Source: Octopus vulgaris
Lineage: Eukaryota
Reading direction: 5' to 3'
DNA length: 64,000 nucleotides
Assembly (NCBI GenBank): GCA_951406725.2
Contig: OX597816.1
Location: 154,318,001 to 154,382,000, forward strand
Below, piece after piece: positions 14,181-27,330 of this stretch. A program made the translations under genes and the position numbers. The number at the start of each line of letters is the position of its first letter. The stretch's first letter is position 1. The notes under the pieces are model-generated. The model had not been told where the DNA came from. It did no database searches and saw only the letters and a program-made list of their open reading frames with translations.

Positions 14181-17100
14181 TTCTTACAGAACCATCATGG
14201 TTATGAAGGAGAATTTCACTAAGTTGTAGGCTGTACAATGCATGGAGGCATCCTTTCTGGTTGGAATGATGGTCTTGCAGAAGTGAAACCACAAAGTAAA
14301 GATGTTCAGATAAATTTTCTCCAAGTGTCATCAGCCAAGTTCTTTTCCTTTCATAAACACAGATGGTATTTAGCCTTTATAATCAACAATATTTTTTTCA
14401 ATATTTGTGTACTTGTGCCTATACTGGAAATCAGAATGTCACACCAGATAAATGTGTCCTTGCTATTGTTGTCATGTAATCTTGTACGTTCAAGGGAGCC
14501 CCTATTCTGTTATTTTTCATCAGCATTTATTATCCACTATTGACGTGTTTGTTTGTTTCGTTTTCTTACTGCGTTGGCAATATTTGCATCTTTCCATAAA
14601 GCACAATAGAGGTAGGGTTAAGATGCTAGACTATCAACAACAACCACTGAGTTTGTGCTACAGGGTAAAGTTCATAACTCTTCTTGCTGCAATTAGTCTG
14701 GCTACCAGACAGGTTCCTTTCCAGCTGTGAAAAAAAAAAACCCACCCAAATAATATGCAAAATTTTAATTTCAAATACCATTTTACCTGTACTGGTATAT
14801 ATATATATATATATATAATAAAAAAAGCAAAAAACATGTAAGGAAATAAACAGACATTTGAAAGTTTCAGGGCAGATTAAATTTAAGTAGATTTATTATT
14901 TGGATCTCTTCAATACTTGCATATGTATACAATACAGAAAATACTATGAAAGATAACATAGATGATAGAATCTCTCATACATGCTAATCAATTATGCTTT
15001 TTATTTGTTTTTTTTTTCCTTTACAATAACCAGTGTTATCATGGTAATATTTATTAGTGACAGTCATTTTTAATATTGATTTCTTACACCACAGACACAA
15101 GGCCTCAGCTTTACAAAGAGGAATAATAATGAGATCATGTGATATTATGTGATATTCATTTTAACAGTCTTGGAGGCATATGTCTACACTTAGGAATTAA
15201 AACTGACTGCAGACTTAGGTTCTCTTAGAATACATTCTAATATATAGTACTCACTATTGTTTAATACTGCTTTTTAAAAATTTTTACCAGGCACAAAGGC
15301 CTTATTTTTTAGGTAGACAATGCAATGTTAATTTGTGACATAACATTAACAAGTTTTAGAGCATTACTGTTTTCAATACATAAAGTATATTTGTTTTTCT
15401 TCTATTTTGTTTCAGCAATTATTTTTACAATTATTTTCCTCTTTTATAATTATCATAAAAAATATACTGATTGAACAATTTATACTTTTTCAAAACACCA
15501 CATTATAGATAAACAATCACATGGTAGCTAAAAACTGCAAAAAAAAAAAAAAAAAACTCTCTCTCTCTCTCCCTAAAGAAAAAAAGAAAAGGGATATAAG
15601 AAAAATACTCATAAAGAAAACACAATGAACATAATGACAAAAGAGAGAGAGAAAATATAGTTTAGTATGTTGCTGTTGCAAAGTACTGTAAGTGATTTTT
15701 AAGGGGGAGAAAATATTTATCACAGAAACACACCCTCTGGCAAGAGGTGCAATATCGCCTGTTATTTTGTTGCACTCATTCCTTCCATACATTTTCAAAC
15801 AAACATTTGCACTTGAATTAAACCTGAATAAATAACAACTTGCAGACATTCATTCATTTATTTATCACTGAGAATATTCAAAAGCACAAATTGAAATTGA
15901 CAGATGCAAAGCATGCTTAAAACTAAACTCGGTGTGTGTGTGAGTGAGTGAGTGAGAGTGTGTGTGTGTAGACATATATACACACATGTATGATGGTAGT
16001 CTCTCATGATCTGAGAAAGACTTCTTGCTGAACAGCCTGCACAGAAGATTCGTTTATAGTGACGAGATATTTGTGCTGTACATTAGCTCACTCCCTCCAA
16101 ACTGACCTTGCCTTTACAGGTGCACAAGTGTGCCACATGTCAGGTGTCAAAAAGTTTTGCTCAAAAATACAATGCACCACCTGATCAAGGAATTGAAACC
16201 ATGATCTCGTGATTGTGAGTGCAATATCCAAACCACTAGGCCACACACCTTCATATACATACATACATATATATACACACACGCATATTTACATCATAAG
16301 AATTTAGAAACTTCAAGAGACCTTTAAATAATTCTTTTTTTGAATAGTGATACTTGAAGCAGACAAAGCTATAGATAATAATGTGTAATTAATGGGTTAA
16401 AAAGCCTTTAGTGTGTGTGTATACACACACAGAAAAAGGGAGAAAGAAATAGATATATTACTATTAATTTATTTGTGATCTAATGTAGATAAACAGAGTC
16501 AACCACTTGGTTTTTCTTCTATCAGTTATCTGAGTTATCTATCAACTGGTGGTCAGTTTCATTGATTTCTTTCAAGAAGAGGAGCTAAAACAGTTGATAA
16601 CACCAGACCTAACAACTGACTGGTACTTATTTTATCAATCCCACAATGATGTGAAGCAAAGTTGACCTCAGAGGAAAGAACACTAACTATATACCAGAAG
16701 ATATTTTCTTTGATCCACTAATGGTTCCACTACTCTCTCTTTCTCTCTCTCTCTCTATATATATATATATTCAATTGAAAACTGAAACTATACTCTGTTA
16801 TTACTCTCACTTATCTATTCTGTGAGTGTCGAGAAATTTTAAACTGGATACAACAGTATATTTATTCTGTTTTCCTTACTATTTGTCATTAATCAAGTGG
16901 AGCAACTTGGCAAAAATAACTGCAATAATTAGATGTTGCCCAGAGTGATCCAGCAACAATAGGATCCTGCTAGACACTGGGATTCTATATTATCTATAAT
17001 TAGAAAAGATTCCTTAATTCTCTGTGCCTCACATTTGGAAGTTTATATGAAATCATCTTGGAATGTTAACTTTGAGAAACTTGTATCTTAACCAAAGACA

Positions 17101-17747
17101 GGGAAAAAATTTACTTCCCTTCACCATATGCAACTGGACTGGAAGCTAATCATCAGTCTCACTTGTTGCTACTGTTTTACAGAAATATTTCTTCTTGGTG
17201 CATAAGGTGGAGGTTTTTGTGGATGGACCTGTTTGCAATATGCAAATACATACACTCACACACACACATTACTCACACAAAACAATTTTGTTCATTTTGT
17301 TTAAAAGAAAAGATACTTGTATTTCTTCATGGTTTACAATGTAGGGTAGAATATATTAATCATAACTCATGATTCGTAGTATTTCATAATTGAAATAAAT
17401 TCACAAGCTATAAAAGAAGTTGAAAATCACAAAAAGGAACTGAACAATTAAGCTAAATTCTCAGCAGTTGAAACCTATATATCAACTATTGGAACAAATA
17501 GACACTTTTGTTGCAAGTACACAGTGCAATAATGCGATCAGGTCTATGTCGAGCAATGATGTGTGAATATGAAAGAAGAAAAAAAAGATGAATTTTTAAA
17601 ATAAATAGTGAAATTGAATGAATTTCATATATTCAGAATTTTGTTTCATAAATGTTTTTGATTAAAGATCCCATTTTTTTTTTTCAATTACCAATACTTG
17701 ACAACAGTGCTCAAATAGCATATATATTCCAAAAAAAAGTCAAGAGT

Positions 17748-20700
17748 TTAAGTAGCATATGTATTCTGAAGATTTTTATAGTGTTCATGTTGATTTTCAG
17801 ATACAGATGGAACTAGATTTCCTAAAGCTTCCAAAAAATCAGACTCTTCAACAGTTATTTTGGATGTATCTACATCACGACCAACTTCTAACTTTTGAAT
17901 GATTTTTTTTGTGGCATTCATCCAAGCATCTGATGCTAAGGCATAAAAATCAGCGCCAGTCAAATCTAGATCACATTTGTCCACAATAGACTTCAGTGAG
18001 AAATTACCAAGTTTGAATTTCCTTGTAACAGCTTGAAGTATCTTTAATTGTGTCTCTTTGTTTTTTGAAGCACCCATATAAAGAACTTTGTCAAATCTGC
18101 CAGGTCGCAGCAGTGCAGGATCCAGTAAATCAACACGATTTGTTGCACCAATAACAAATACATTATTTGACTTGTGTAATCCATCAAGCTCAGCAAGTAA
18201 CTGTGAAACAATACGGTCCATTACACCACCAGTATCTCCACTGCGACCCCTATTGGGGGCTAATGAGTCAAGTTCATCAAAAAAGATAACACATGGTGCA
18301 GCATCACGAGCTTGTTGGAATACTTTGCGTACATTTTCTTCACTTTGTCCAACATATTTGTTCATAAGTTCAGGTCCTCTGACACTGAAAAAATTCAAAG
18401 AACATTCTGTTGCAACAGCTTTGGCAATCAATGTTTTTCCTGTCCCTGGTGGACCATGTAAGAGTATTCCAGAACGTCTCAGACCAGCAGCTAGAAGTTC
18501 AGGACGCAGAAGAGGCAACTGAATTGTGTCTAAAATCTCTTGTTTTACATCACTTAGACCACCAATATCTTCCCATTTAACTTTGGGAATTTTAGGTGTT
18601 CCTAGTTCATCTGCTTGTGAGGCCTGTAAACTATCAAGTGCATTTTCAAAATCACAATGTTGTATGACTACACCTGAAGTACAAAGATCATTATGTGTCT
18701 CGTGCCATTTTTTGTCTTTAATTCCCACAAAATCAGTCACCCGTTTGTAGGCTTCTGCTTGTGCCCTTTTCACCAGATCAACTATATCCCCTAACACATA
18801 GCCTGCAGTACGCCGACTGATGTAAGTTGATGATACATCACCAGAAAAGTATACATCTTCTGTCAAATTAGTGAATATAATTGCACGTTCAGCTTCAGAA
18901 GGAACTTGCATTTTCATATGATGTAGAAATCCCTCTGGAATATTAGGTTGCAATTCTTGTATATTTTCAGTGGTCCCAATAATCAACATAGGATAATCTA
19001 AAGCATATCGCTTAGCTTGCTGCAGAATATCAACAAAAAACGTACCTATCTTCATATCAATGCTATGCTTTTCTGAGCGACCCAAAAATTCCAAATTTTT
19101 CAATACTAGAATGCATGGGGAATATTCTTTTGCTGTCCGAACAATATTTTTAATTTTCTCAATCATGGTAAATGGTGACATACTGCTGAGATCTTGACAG
19201 CTTACTTTGATGACCTGCAGACATAATGTTCTTGCCACTGCATCAATTACAGTTGTCTTGCCAACACCACTAGGACCAGATATTAATATAGTGGGAGATA
19301 GAATTTCTTGAACTTTTGCATCCAGTGTGTCATTAAGAAATGGTAAAATCAATCTTAACAAGTTTTCCACATAAGATTCCAGTCCAGCAGGTTTAGACTG
19401 ACACCAGTAAGGGGGTGAGTCATTGAGGAGATAAGGTACAAAGCTATGGGCAGTATAATTTTCTTTGAGACTTGTAGTTGTATGTTTTGGATGTACAAGA
19501 TGTCTATCACCATGTTCAAGGTTTGGTTTGATGTTCTCAACCTTAAGATAGAAAATCGAACTTTTTTCAAAGGAAAGGTCTGTCTGGGAGAGGCTACTAT
19601 TTTTTATTTTTATGCAGAAAATATCACCCTTTTCCATTAGACGAGGATATGTAAAATATTTTTCAAGTTCCTTAGAAGGTAAATCCTCACTACCAGGTGT
19701 TTTAATTAGGCTGAAAATGACCTTTTTGGCAATCACTATATTCCAGAGTTTCAAATTATCTAAAAAGGAATCGTTTGTTTGCTTTCCATTAACATTTTGT
19801 AGTTTCTTAATGACAATTGCTACACTTGTAGTAGGGAGGTGTTGTGGAGGTACTTGTATATTGAACAGCAGAATTGGAGAAATGAAAGCAAAGCGAGATT
19901 TATCATACCTCCTTCCAAGACACTTCACCATTGCCATCTTGGAGCGAACAATTGTGGTCCTTTTTGGAGAAGATTCAAAGTCATTTTCAAATATATCATC
20001 TTTTTCTCGGAAAAGTTCGACTTTGTTCCCAATACAATACACTTCAACAATACTACTGTCAAATAGTTTGTTGGCCAACATCAGTTTTCGAGACATGCAT
20101 ATAATATAGTTTGGATCAAATTCTTGATCTGAATCAGTTCGTATCATCACATCTCTGAGTCTCTTATCACCAACAATTTTTGCAGGTACCATTATATTGA
20201 TATCTAAACTGTTGTCTTTAGGCTTTTTGCTCCATGGACAGAAGGTTGAGAAGAATAAACTGTCTTTAGACAAACAATCCATGCGAGACCTGCGAGGATT
20301 TGAAGAACTAGTTTCCTCGTGTATAGTAAATATTTCAGTTTTAGCTGTTAGTAGACCTTGTCTAAAAGGACAACATTCAGTGACCACAATATGTTGAAAG
20401 TAGTTCGGTACTGAAGAATTAAGCTTTCCAGGAACCCATAATGCAAGAAACAAATCATTGGTCCGCACCAAAACACCATGTTTACATACTTGCAAAAGAA
20501 GATGACGAAAATCCAAGTTTTTTAATGCCTTATACGTATCTAAATCCTTAACAGACAAAATAACTTTCTCCAGAGGAAAGGGTATTATCCTTCTGAAAAC
20601 TATATTCTGTGATGGTTCCCAACCATAGTGTTGTAAAAACTGGTTAGTGCAATATAGATGGACTTTAGAGTTGATTAGGTTTGATTTTTCATCTACTTCA

Positions 20701-21165
20701 CTACCTTCGTCCAGCTCCCGATTAGTTGGGAATGGAGGGGGAACCAGGGTTTCATCAATAAACACGACACATATTAAATTAGTGTCTTCATCAACTTTAG
20801 GCTCAATATCTTGATCGTCAGGAAGGGTGAAATAAAGGCCCCCTACTGGTAAAGTGCTCTTCCGCACTTCTGGACGTCGGAAAGCAATGAAAAAATATTC
20901 ACAATCATTTTCTAACGACAGAATTGATGATGCAGTTTTTTTATCGACATTCAAATGAAGTGGGTGTTTCGTTAAAAAGGATTCATCTACGCCCTCGACA
21001 TTAGTGTTGTTTTGCTGTGGTGGTTTATCCTCCCGAGTAACAAATTCACCGAGATACGATGATTGATACATATTTTTTATAATCATATCCTTGATTAATT
21101 AAAAATGTAAATATGCAAAACAAAAGAAACATTTAAATTTTGCATTCTCTCACCTTCAGATCCAT
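17748..21165 (-). CDS. PEX6: Peroxisomal AAA+ ATPase PEX6 (peroxin-6)
   Basis: The 1112-aa ORF at 17748-21086 has two AAA domains. D1 has Walker A GPSGVGKT and a degenerate Walker B (ILVLKNLE). D2 has GPPGTGKT, IFFDELD and the PEX6-typical DSLAPNRGRSGDTGGVMDRIVSQLLAELDG. A probable 12-nt first coding exon at 21154-21165 (ATG GAT CTG AAG, good Kozak) splices in frame over a GT-AG intron at 21090-21153. Confidence 0.93.
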
Positions 21166-21633
21166 TTCTGGTAAGGACTTGACATAAGCAAAATTATTTT
21201 CGATTTGTAAAAAGATGACGCAAAAAAAGCTAGAGTTACCTCCTCTTAGTTAAGTTGTTTTGTCGCTAGAGTGCATCATAGTCTGCAATGTTTTTGTAAT
21301 CTTTTAATTACTTTTCCGAATTACTATTTTGCTAATGTTAGGAAATTAAATTCGTATTTTTTTATTCTACACCCAAAATTACATCTAAAATCTCTGTTCT
21401 TTGAAAAACAAAATTTTAACTGATGAATTCGATTGTATTTTCAGTCTGCAAACTAACTGCGAGATAAACTTAAAAGTTTACTTCTAATCTCTTTCGTTGG
21501 ACATGCATATTAATCGTAATAGTTATTATTGATGACGATCTTTTATTAATTTTTTTTTCACGTGTGTTTTATTTAAGAAAGAAACCGTGTAGATAATGCT
21601 TTATTTTTAACGTAAATTGATATTAGGGTACTC

Positions 21634-21854
21634 GTGGGATACAAGGGTCCCGAAATATTGATTTAACGATACAATAAAATAAACATATTTAGTCTATTGC
21701 TTTATAATTATTTCTAACATATATCACTATAAAATGAACAAAGATAATAAATTTTGTAAAAAAAAAACTAGATTAAAAACAATTAAGAATTCACATAGAA
21801 TATTGTCGGACAGTTGTATCGTGAAGTCAATATTTCGGGACCCTTGTATACCAC
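21634..21854. mobile_element. MITE with ~40-bp terminal inverted repeats
   Basis: gtgggatacaagggtcccgaaatattgatttaacgatacaa pairs with ttgtatcgtgaagtcaatatttcgggacccttgtataccac. Confidence 0.75.
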
Positions 21855-21911
21855 TACATTAGTATAACGAATAGAAAGTCCTTAGTACAGTATTCTCTAT
21901 TTGAAAAAATG

Positions 21912-22214
21912 AATAGAAATGGATTTTCTGATAATTTTTCCACTTCAATAATTAGAGGTTTACAAAATGTGACCCTGATCGGAGTCTCACTTAAAAGTGG
22001 TTTTCAAACTGATATTTTTGAGTAAGTTATTCACTGTTTAAATAGGGAGCGTTTAATTACAAACATACAGACAGAAACACCGACACACACAGATACATAT
22101 ACCCATACTTAAACACATATACAGAGAAATGCACACACATACACACGCAAAAAACATAGGACCTTACACATGCATGGCTTTTTTGGAAAAATTATCAGAA
22201 AAGCCATTTCTACT
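21912..22214. mobile_element. MITE-like element with ~30-bp inverted repeats
   Basis: aatagaaatggattttctgataatttttcc pairs with ggaaaaattatcagaaaagccatttctact. Confidence 0.6.
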
Positions 22215-22228
22215 CATATATATGTATA

Positions 22229-22741
22229 TTACATGGAAAAATGTGAACATGTAAAGTAATATTCTTAAGATTATAAACCTGGAAAAGTACAGGACAAGTT
22301 ATTACACCTGTAAAAGTATAGGACAAACTATTACTTCAAGTAAAGTAAAGAATAAGAAACTTTTTACTTAAAATATTGCAGCAAAGAATGCCAGTTCTTC
22401 TAATTTATCACTCTTTACAGTTCTCATCTATTAAATTTATTGTACAAAACTGTTCAGCTAATTTGTAAGTTTGTCTAATTAATCACTTTTTTCTGTATTT
22501 AAGGTAGTAAATTAACCAAATTCTACTTAAATAAGTATAGCGTTATTTGTAAATTATAATAAAATATTTTTTAATATTCAAATTTTAATTTTAGCTGCAA
22601 TATTTTAAGTAAAAGTTTCTTATTCTTTACTTGAAGTAATAGTTTGTCCTATACTTTTACAGGTGTAATAACTTGTCCTGTACTTTTCCAGGTTTATAAT
22701 CTTAAGAATATTACTTTCCATGCTCACATTTTTCCATGTAA
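22229..22741. repeat. Long inverted repeat (~150-bp arms, ~210-bp spacer), foldback/MITE
   Basis: 22229-22382 is the near-perfect reverse complement of 22594-22741. Confidence 0.85.
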
Positions 22742-23964
22742 CCCATGATTTTTCCAGGCAACCCGTGATTTTTCCAGGCGTTGCTGTTATAAGATAATTA
22801 ATAATGTGTCAATTAATAATTTAGGATTTTACCTTATAAAATACTGGGTAGGAGAATACATTGGCTGCTATTTTTAGCGTGTCGAGTGACCAGTTAGAGG
22901 CTCTTTCATTGGTTTGATTGTGTGATGAGATTTCTTTTACACATATATGTATAATATACATATATATCATCAGCAGATGTTAGAGAGTAAGTCAAAACTT
23001 GAGAGTTTCGTGTATTGGCATTTATCAAACACAAATTTGTCCATTGTCACTCTGTAACTTGTGACGAAATAACTTCTAAAACACAAAATTTTGTCAAAAA
23101 TGTTAAGAGTAAATCCTGTTGTATGTGACACATTGTACCAGTATCGGAAGTTTCAAAGTGTTTAGTTAAAAAAAAATTAATTAAATAATCTGTACATCAA
23201 ATTGAATAGCTCCGAAATGGATTAAAAGCAAATTTGAACTCAAAACATAAACACAGGTGAAATACCATTAAGCATTTTGCCTGATATACTAAAATTTCTG
23301 CCAGCTCACCACCTTAGAACATAAATATTCATTTTAGCAATATATTCTTTAATATTCTTATTGATAAGCGTTACTTCCTTACACGAAATTTCATGGTATT
23401 TCACCCCATAACTTTTCTTCTACTAATTTTTGTTCAATATGACTGACAACTCTGAATTCTCCATACATTTTTCTATCATTTAAGCCTAAGAAAAGTATAC
23501 TTTTATTTTAAAATTAAAAAGTTTATTTTAATTTAAGGTGAGTAGGTGCTTTGGAATCAGGATGATCCTGAGGCTGAAAAATCTGTCCTTCATTTGGTTC
23601 TTCAACCTCCAGTATTGGGAATTAGCTACAAAAATAAACATGATCTCTAACAGCTGTTTTGATTCATACTTTAAAGATTATAATTGTAATAATTAAATCA
23701 TTATATAAAGCAGAATCTAAGTATATAAATATACTTATTAATTGATGTATCTCCATTTTCTTATTTTTCTTCAATAAATATAAACCTTGGTTTATCTAAT
23801 TACCTATTATTCGTGAGTATTATAATTAATATTCACAACAAATACCAGTAATTCATTGGATATTACTATCCCTTAATGAAGCTTATCCAACCTCTAATTA
23901 AACTTTCTTCACATGTGTATGTGTGTGTGTGTGTATGTGCATGCATGTATGTATGTATCCCCTG

Positions 23965-24770
23965 AGGTAAATGGTCCAGACAAATCACAAATCCCCACAG
24001 GTAGATGGCCCTGCTTGATCTGTAGGAAAGGTGTAGGTAGAAATTCTGCAAGATGTACCTGGTGTAAGTTATGGATACATAAAAGGTGCAGCAATATCAT
24101 AGGAAACTTAACTGGGAAACTAGTTTTTGTGTGTGGAGGGTGCACAGGTACAATTAACACTAAAAATGTACAGAAATTAGACTACACCAAATGCCAGGAA
24201 GGAAAACTAGAAGTAGTTAATAGCTTCCATTACCTAGGTGACCAATTCAGTTGTGGAAGTGGATGATCGCAGAGCATAGCTGCTAGAATAAGAATAGGTT
24301 GGGCAAAGTTTAGAGAGCTCCTACCTCTGTTGGTAACAAAAGACCTCTCAGGGTGAAAGGCAGATTGAAGCCTGTGTGCAAACAACCATGCTACACAACA
24401 GTGAAACATGGGCTGTGACTGCTGAGGACATGTGTAGGCTTGAAAGAAATGAAGCTGGTATGCTTTGCTAGATGTGCAATGTCAGTGTGCATGTATGACA
24501 AAGTGTAAATGTCTACAGGGAAAAGTTGGACATAAGAGGCATCAGATGTGTGCAACAGAGATGACTGTGTTAGTACGGTTATATGCATGTGGATATGGAC
24601 AACTGTGTGAAAAAGTGCTGATCTCTACCAGTGGAAGGAAGCTGAAGAAGAGGACAAAACCCAGGAAAACATGGGAATGTTGGATCTCACCGAAACAATG
24701 ACTAGTTACCGAAAACTTTGGCAATATGCCATGCTTGAGAAGACCCATCAAGCCAAGTGAAATCATAGTT
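23965..24770 (+). mobile_element. RTE-clade LINE 3' fragment with PHD-like Cys/His finger
   Basis: WPCLICRKGVGRNSARCTWCKLWIHKRCS...CGGC, then EVVNSFHYLG and a decayed LHGSETW. Same family as 30550-31073 and 62940-63500. Confidence 0.85.
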
Positions 24771-25149
24771 TTGGCTGTTGTCAGTGTCACATAACTGGTA
24801 CCTAAGCCAGTGGCATGTAATAAGCACCTTTTGAGTGTTGGGCCTCATGGAGGAAATGTGGCCTATACATCATGGGATCAACCAGGCTATTGGATGTCAT
24901 TATACATTGCTGGTCATAATGTTTTTGCTTTCAAATGATTCCACCCTGCTCACTAGGTTAGCAGATCAACATCCCCTCTGATCAGAAAGTTAATCCATAT
25001 CAGGGTTATCCATTTACAGCTGAATGGACTGGAGCATATGCATAAATGTGTATGTATGTATGTATGCGCATACACACTTATGCACAAATACACATTGTAT
25101 GTGTGCGTGTGTATGTGTGTGTGTGCATGTGCGTGTGTGTGTGTGTGTG

Positions 25150-26400
25150 TGTACCCCAATGGATTTTATGGGGTGCATGAAGGTTTCTGCTTTGACACTA
25201 GAAATGAGGAGGGAGCAAGGCACCTAGAGTTCTGTTCTGCATATGACTTACTGGTCTGCAATACTAACTTCAGGAAATCAGCTAACCACCTAATCACTTA
25301 TCAATCTGGTGGCTATTCAAGCCAAATTGACTACATCCTCACCAGAAACAGAGATAGACAGATATTTGTAAATGCAATGTCCTTTCTCATTGAGGAACGT
25401 ATGACTCAATATAAGTTAGGAGTTGGTGACTTTAGACTTAGAGCTAGATGGACACAGAGATGCAAACTAGTTTTGAAAAGAAAATTATGGAACCTCAAAG
25501 ATCCACCAGACAGTCAGAGATTTAAAAACATTTTAATGAAAGCATTTAGTGGGAAAGAGGAGGAAGTAGTGACATATAACATAGAAGACAACTGGAACTT
25601 CTTACAGTACAATCTTCTGAAGGCTGCGGACCAATTCTGCAGTTGGGGCAAAGTATCTGCCAAACTAAGACTGACATAGTGGTAGAACAATGAAGTAGAT
25701 GGGGCCAGGAAAACAGAGACAGGTTTGGAAAGATTGGAGAAATGGAGACAGCAAAGAGCTATATCAGGTAGCTAAGAGGGAAGCTAGGTGACAGGCTTAT
25801 CTAGCAAGGGCAGAAGTAGAAAGGAAAAGGTTTGCCAATGTCTTAGAGCATGAAGATCAGAGACTTGAGGCGTTCCAGATTGCTAGACAGTGTGTCAGAG
25901 TCAATCAAGATGTTGTGAGAGAGAAATATGTACAGATTGACAATGGTGTGCTTGCAGAGGTGTGGAAGTGACACTATGAAAGGCTATCAAATGTGAAGAT
26001 TGAATGGGTGAAAGAGAGTCTTCCCTACATGACCCCATACATGAATAAGACCACCTATTTGAGTTGACATCAGTATGATAGATAAGGCAACTAATGATAT
26101 GAAAGAAAGGAAAGCCCTTGGTCCATTGGGAGTTACCATTATTGAGATACTTAAAATATCTGGTAAAGTAGGATATGGTCTGGTCACCTGCATAGTTAAT
26201 CAGATTATTCAGGAAGGTGTAATCTCTGTTATAGTCAACTACTACAAGAGTAAATGAGATGCCTTAGATAGAAGTAATTACAGGAGCATCAAATTGCTGA
26301 ACCAGGTCATGAAAGTTACAGAAAGAGTTATAGCCTAATCAATTAGGAACAGAATCAAATTAGATAAAATGCAGTTTGGCTTTATGCTGAGGAGAAACAC
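25150..26400 (+). mobile_element. RTE-clade LINE ORF2 fragment (APE endonuclease to start of RT)
   Basis: RNEEGARHLEFC...NTNFRK...ITYQSGGYSSQIDYIL, then KALGPLGVTIIEILK, NYRSIKLL and QFGF. Stops and frameshifts are present. Confidence 0.88.
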
Positions 26401-26599
26401 TACTTCCAATACATCAATAAAGTTTAACTACATACATGTGGGTTGCACTTACTATGATAGTGATGTGCAAGAGTTTAGGTAGAAACATTTGACCATGTGT
26501 GTGAGAACCCTTTAACCATCATAAAAAAATTACACACTTCCTATCAGATGCAGAGAACAAATCTTGAGGATCAACCCATCCAACACCAGGAACTCAAGA

Positions 26600-27330
26600 T
26601 TGCTAGTAACACTGTTGACATAATGAAAGGTAAATCTTGTGAGATTAAAAAGATGCTAGAGTGGAAGTGATTAGATGTGTACTGTGCATGTGAGGTGAAA
26701 TGGAGAGGAGCCTTAACCAAACTTTTTAAAGACAAGGAACACAAATACAAATTCTTCTGGGTTGGTAACAGTGCTAGTGTAGGAAAGTATGCATATCAAC
26801 GGTGAAATGCATAAATAATGTTACTGAAGTATCCAGAAAATGCAACAAAAACAAAGCTTAGACTAGTTGTAAGGTGAAGCAATGGCAACTGTTATCTCTC
26901 TACCTAATGAGCAAAAGAAATGAGGCATTACTGTGAACTATTTTGATATTAAATGACAGCAACATCGTTATTTATACTAGTAACTTCAGTGAACATGTTA
27001 GATAGAACCATGATGCTTGCTCTAGAATATATGATGTTTATGGAATGTTTCTAGGAATATGGGAGAGATCAAAGTTTTTGAAATTTTGTGGCACAAGGGA
27101 ACTATCTGCAACATGAATTTCAAGGAGCCAACCAAAGACATGATCATCTTCCAATCAGATAAACACGGAAGACAAATAGATTTCGTTCTCAGTAGGAAAT
27201 GAGATAAGCATACATACTAAGTCTTTCCTTGATGAAGAATGTATTACTAATACAAGTTATTGATTAGTGACTTCAGAGTAAGATCCAGACACTCTAAGAG
27301 GTAAAAGACATGCTGGATAAAGATGTAGAC
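26600..27330 (+). mobile_element. Highly decayed RTE endonuclease fragment
   Basis: Residual EVKWRG, YKFFWVG and QIDFVL motifs. Confidence 0.6.

Noticed and set aside
14180-14724. Possible minus-strand exon (acceptor at 14725, 74-aa ORF 14107-14331)
   Set aside because: No recognisable protein. The apparent donor and the poly-Asn come from a CR1 (ATT)n tail.
17115-17228. Possible minus-strand exon downstream of PEX6 with AG/GT ends
   Set aside because: It has stops in all three frames. It could be a UTR exon, but this cannot be supported without transcripts.
18088-20397. Plus-strand ORFs of 64-165 aa
   Set aside because: They are antisense shadows of the PEX6 coding strand.
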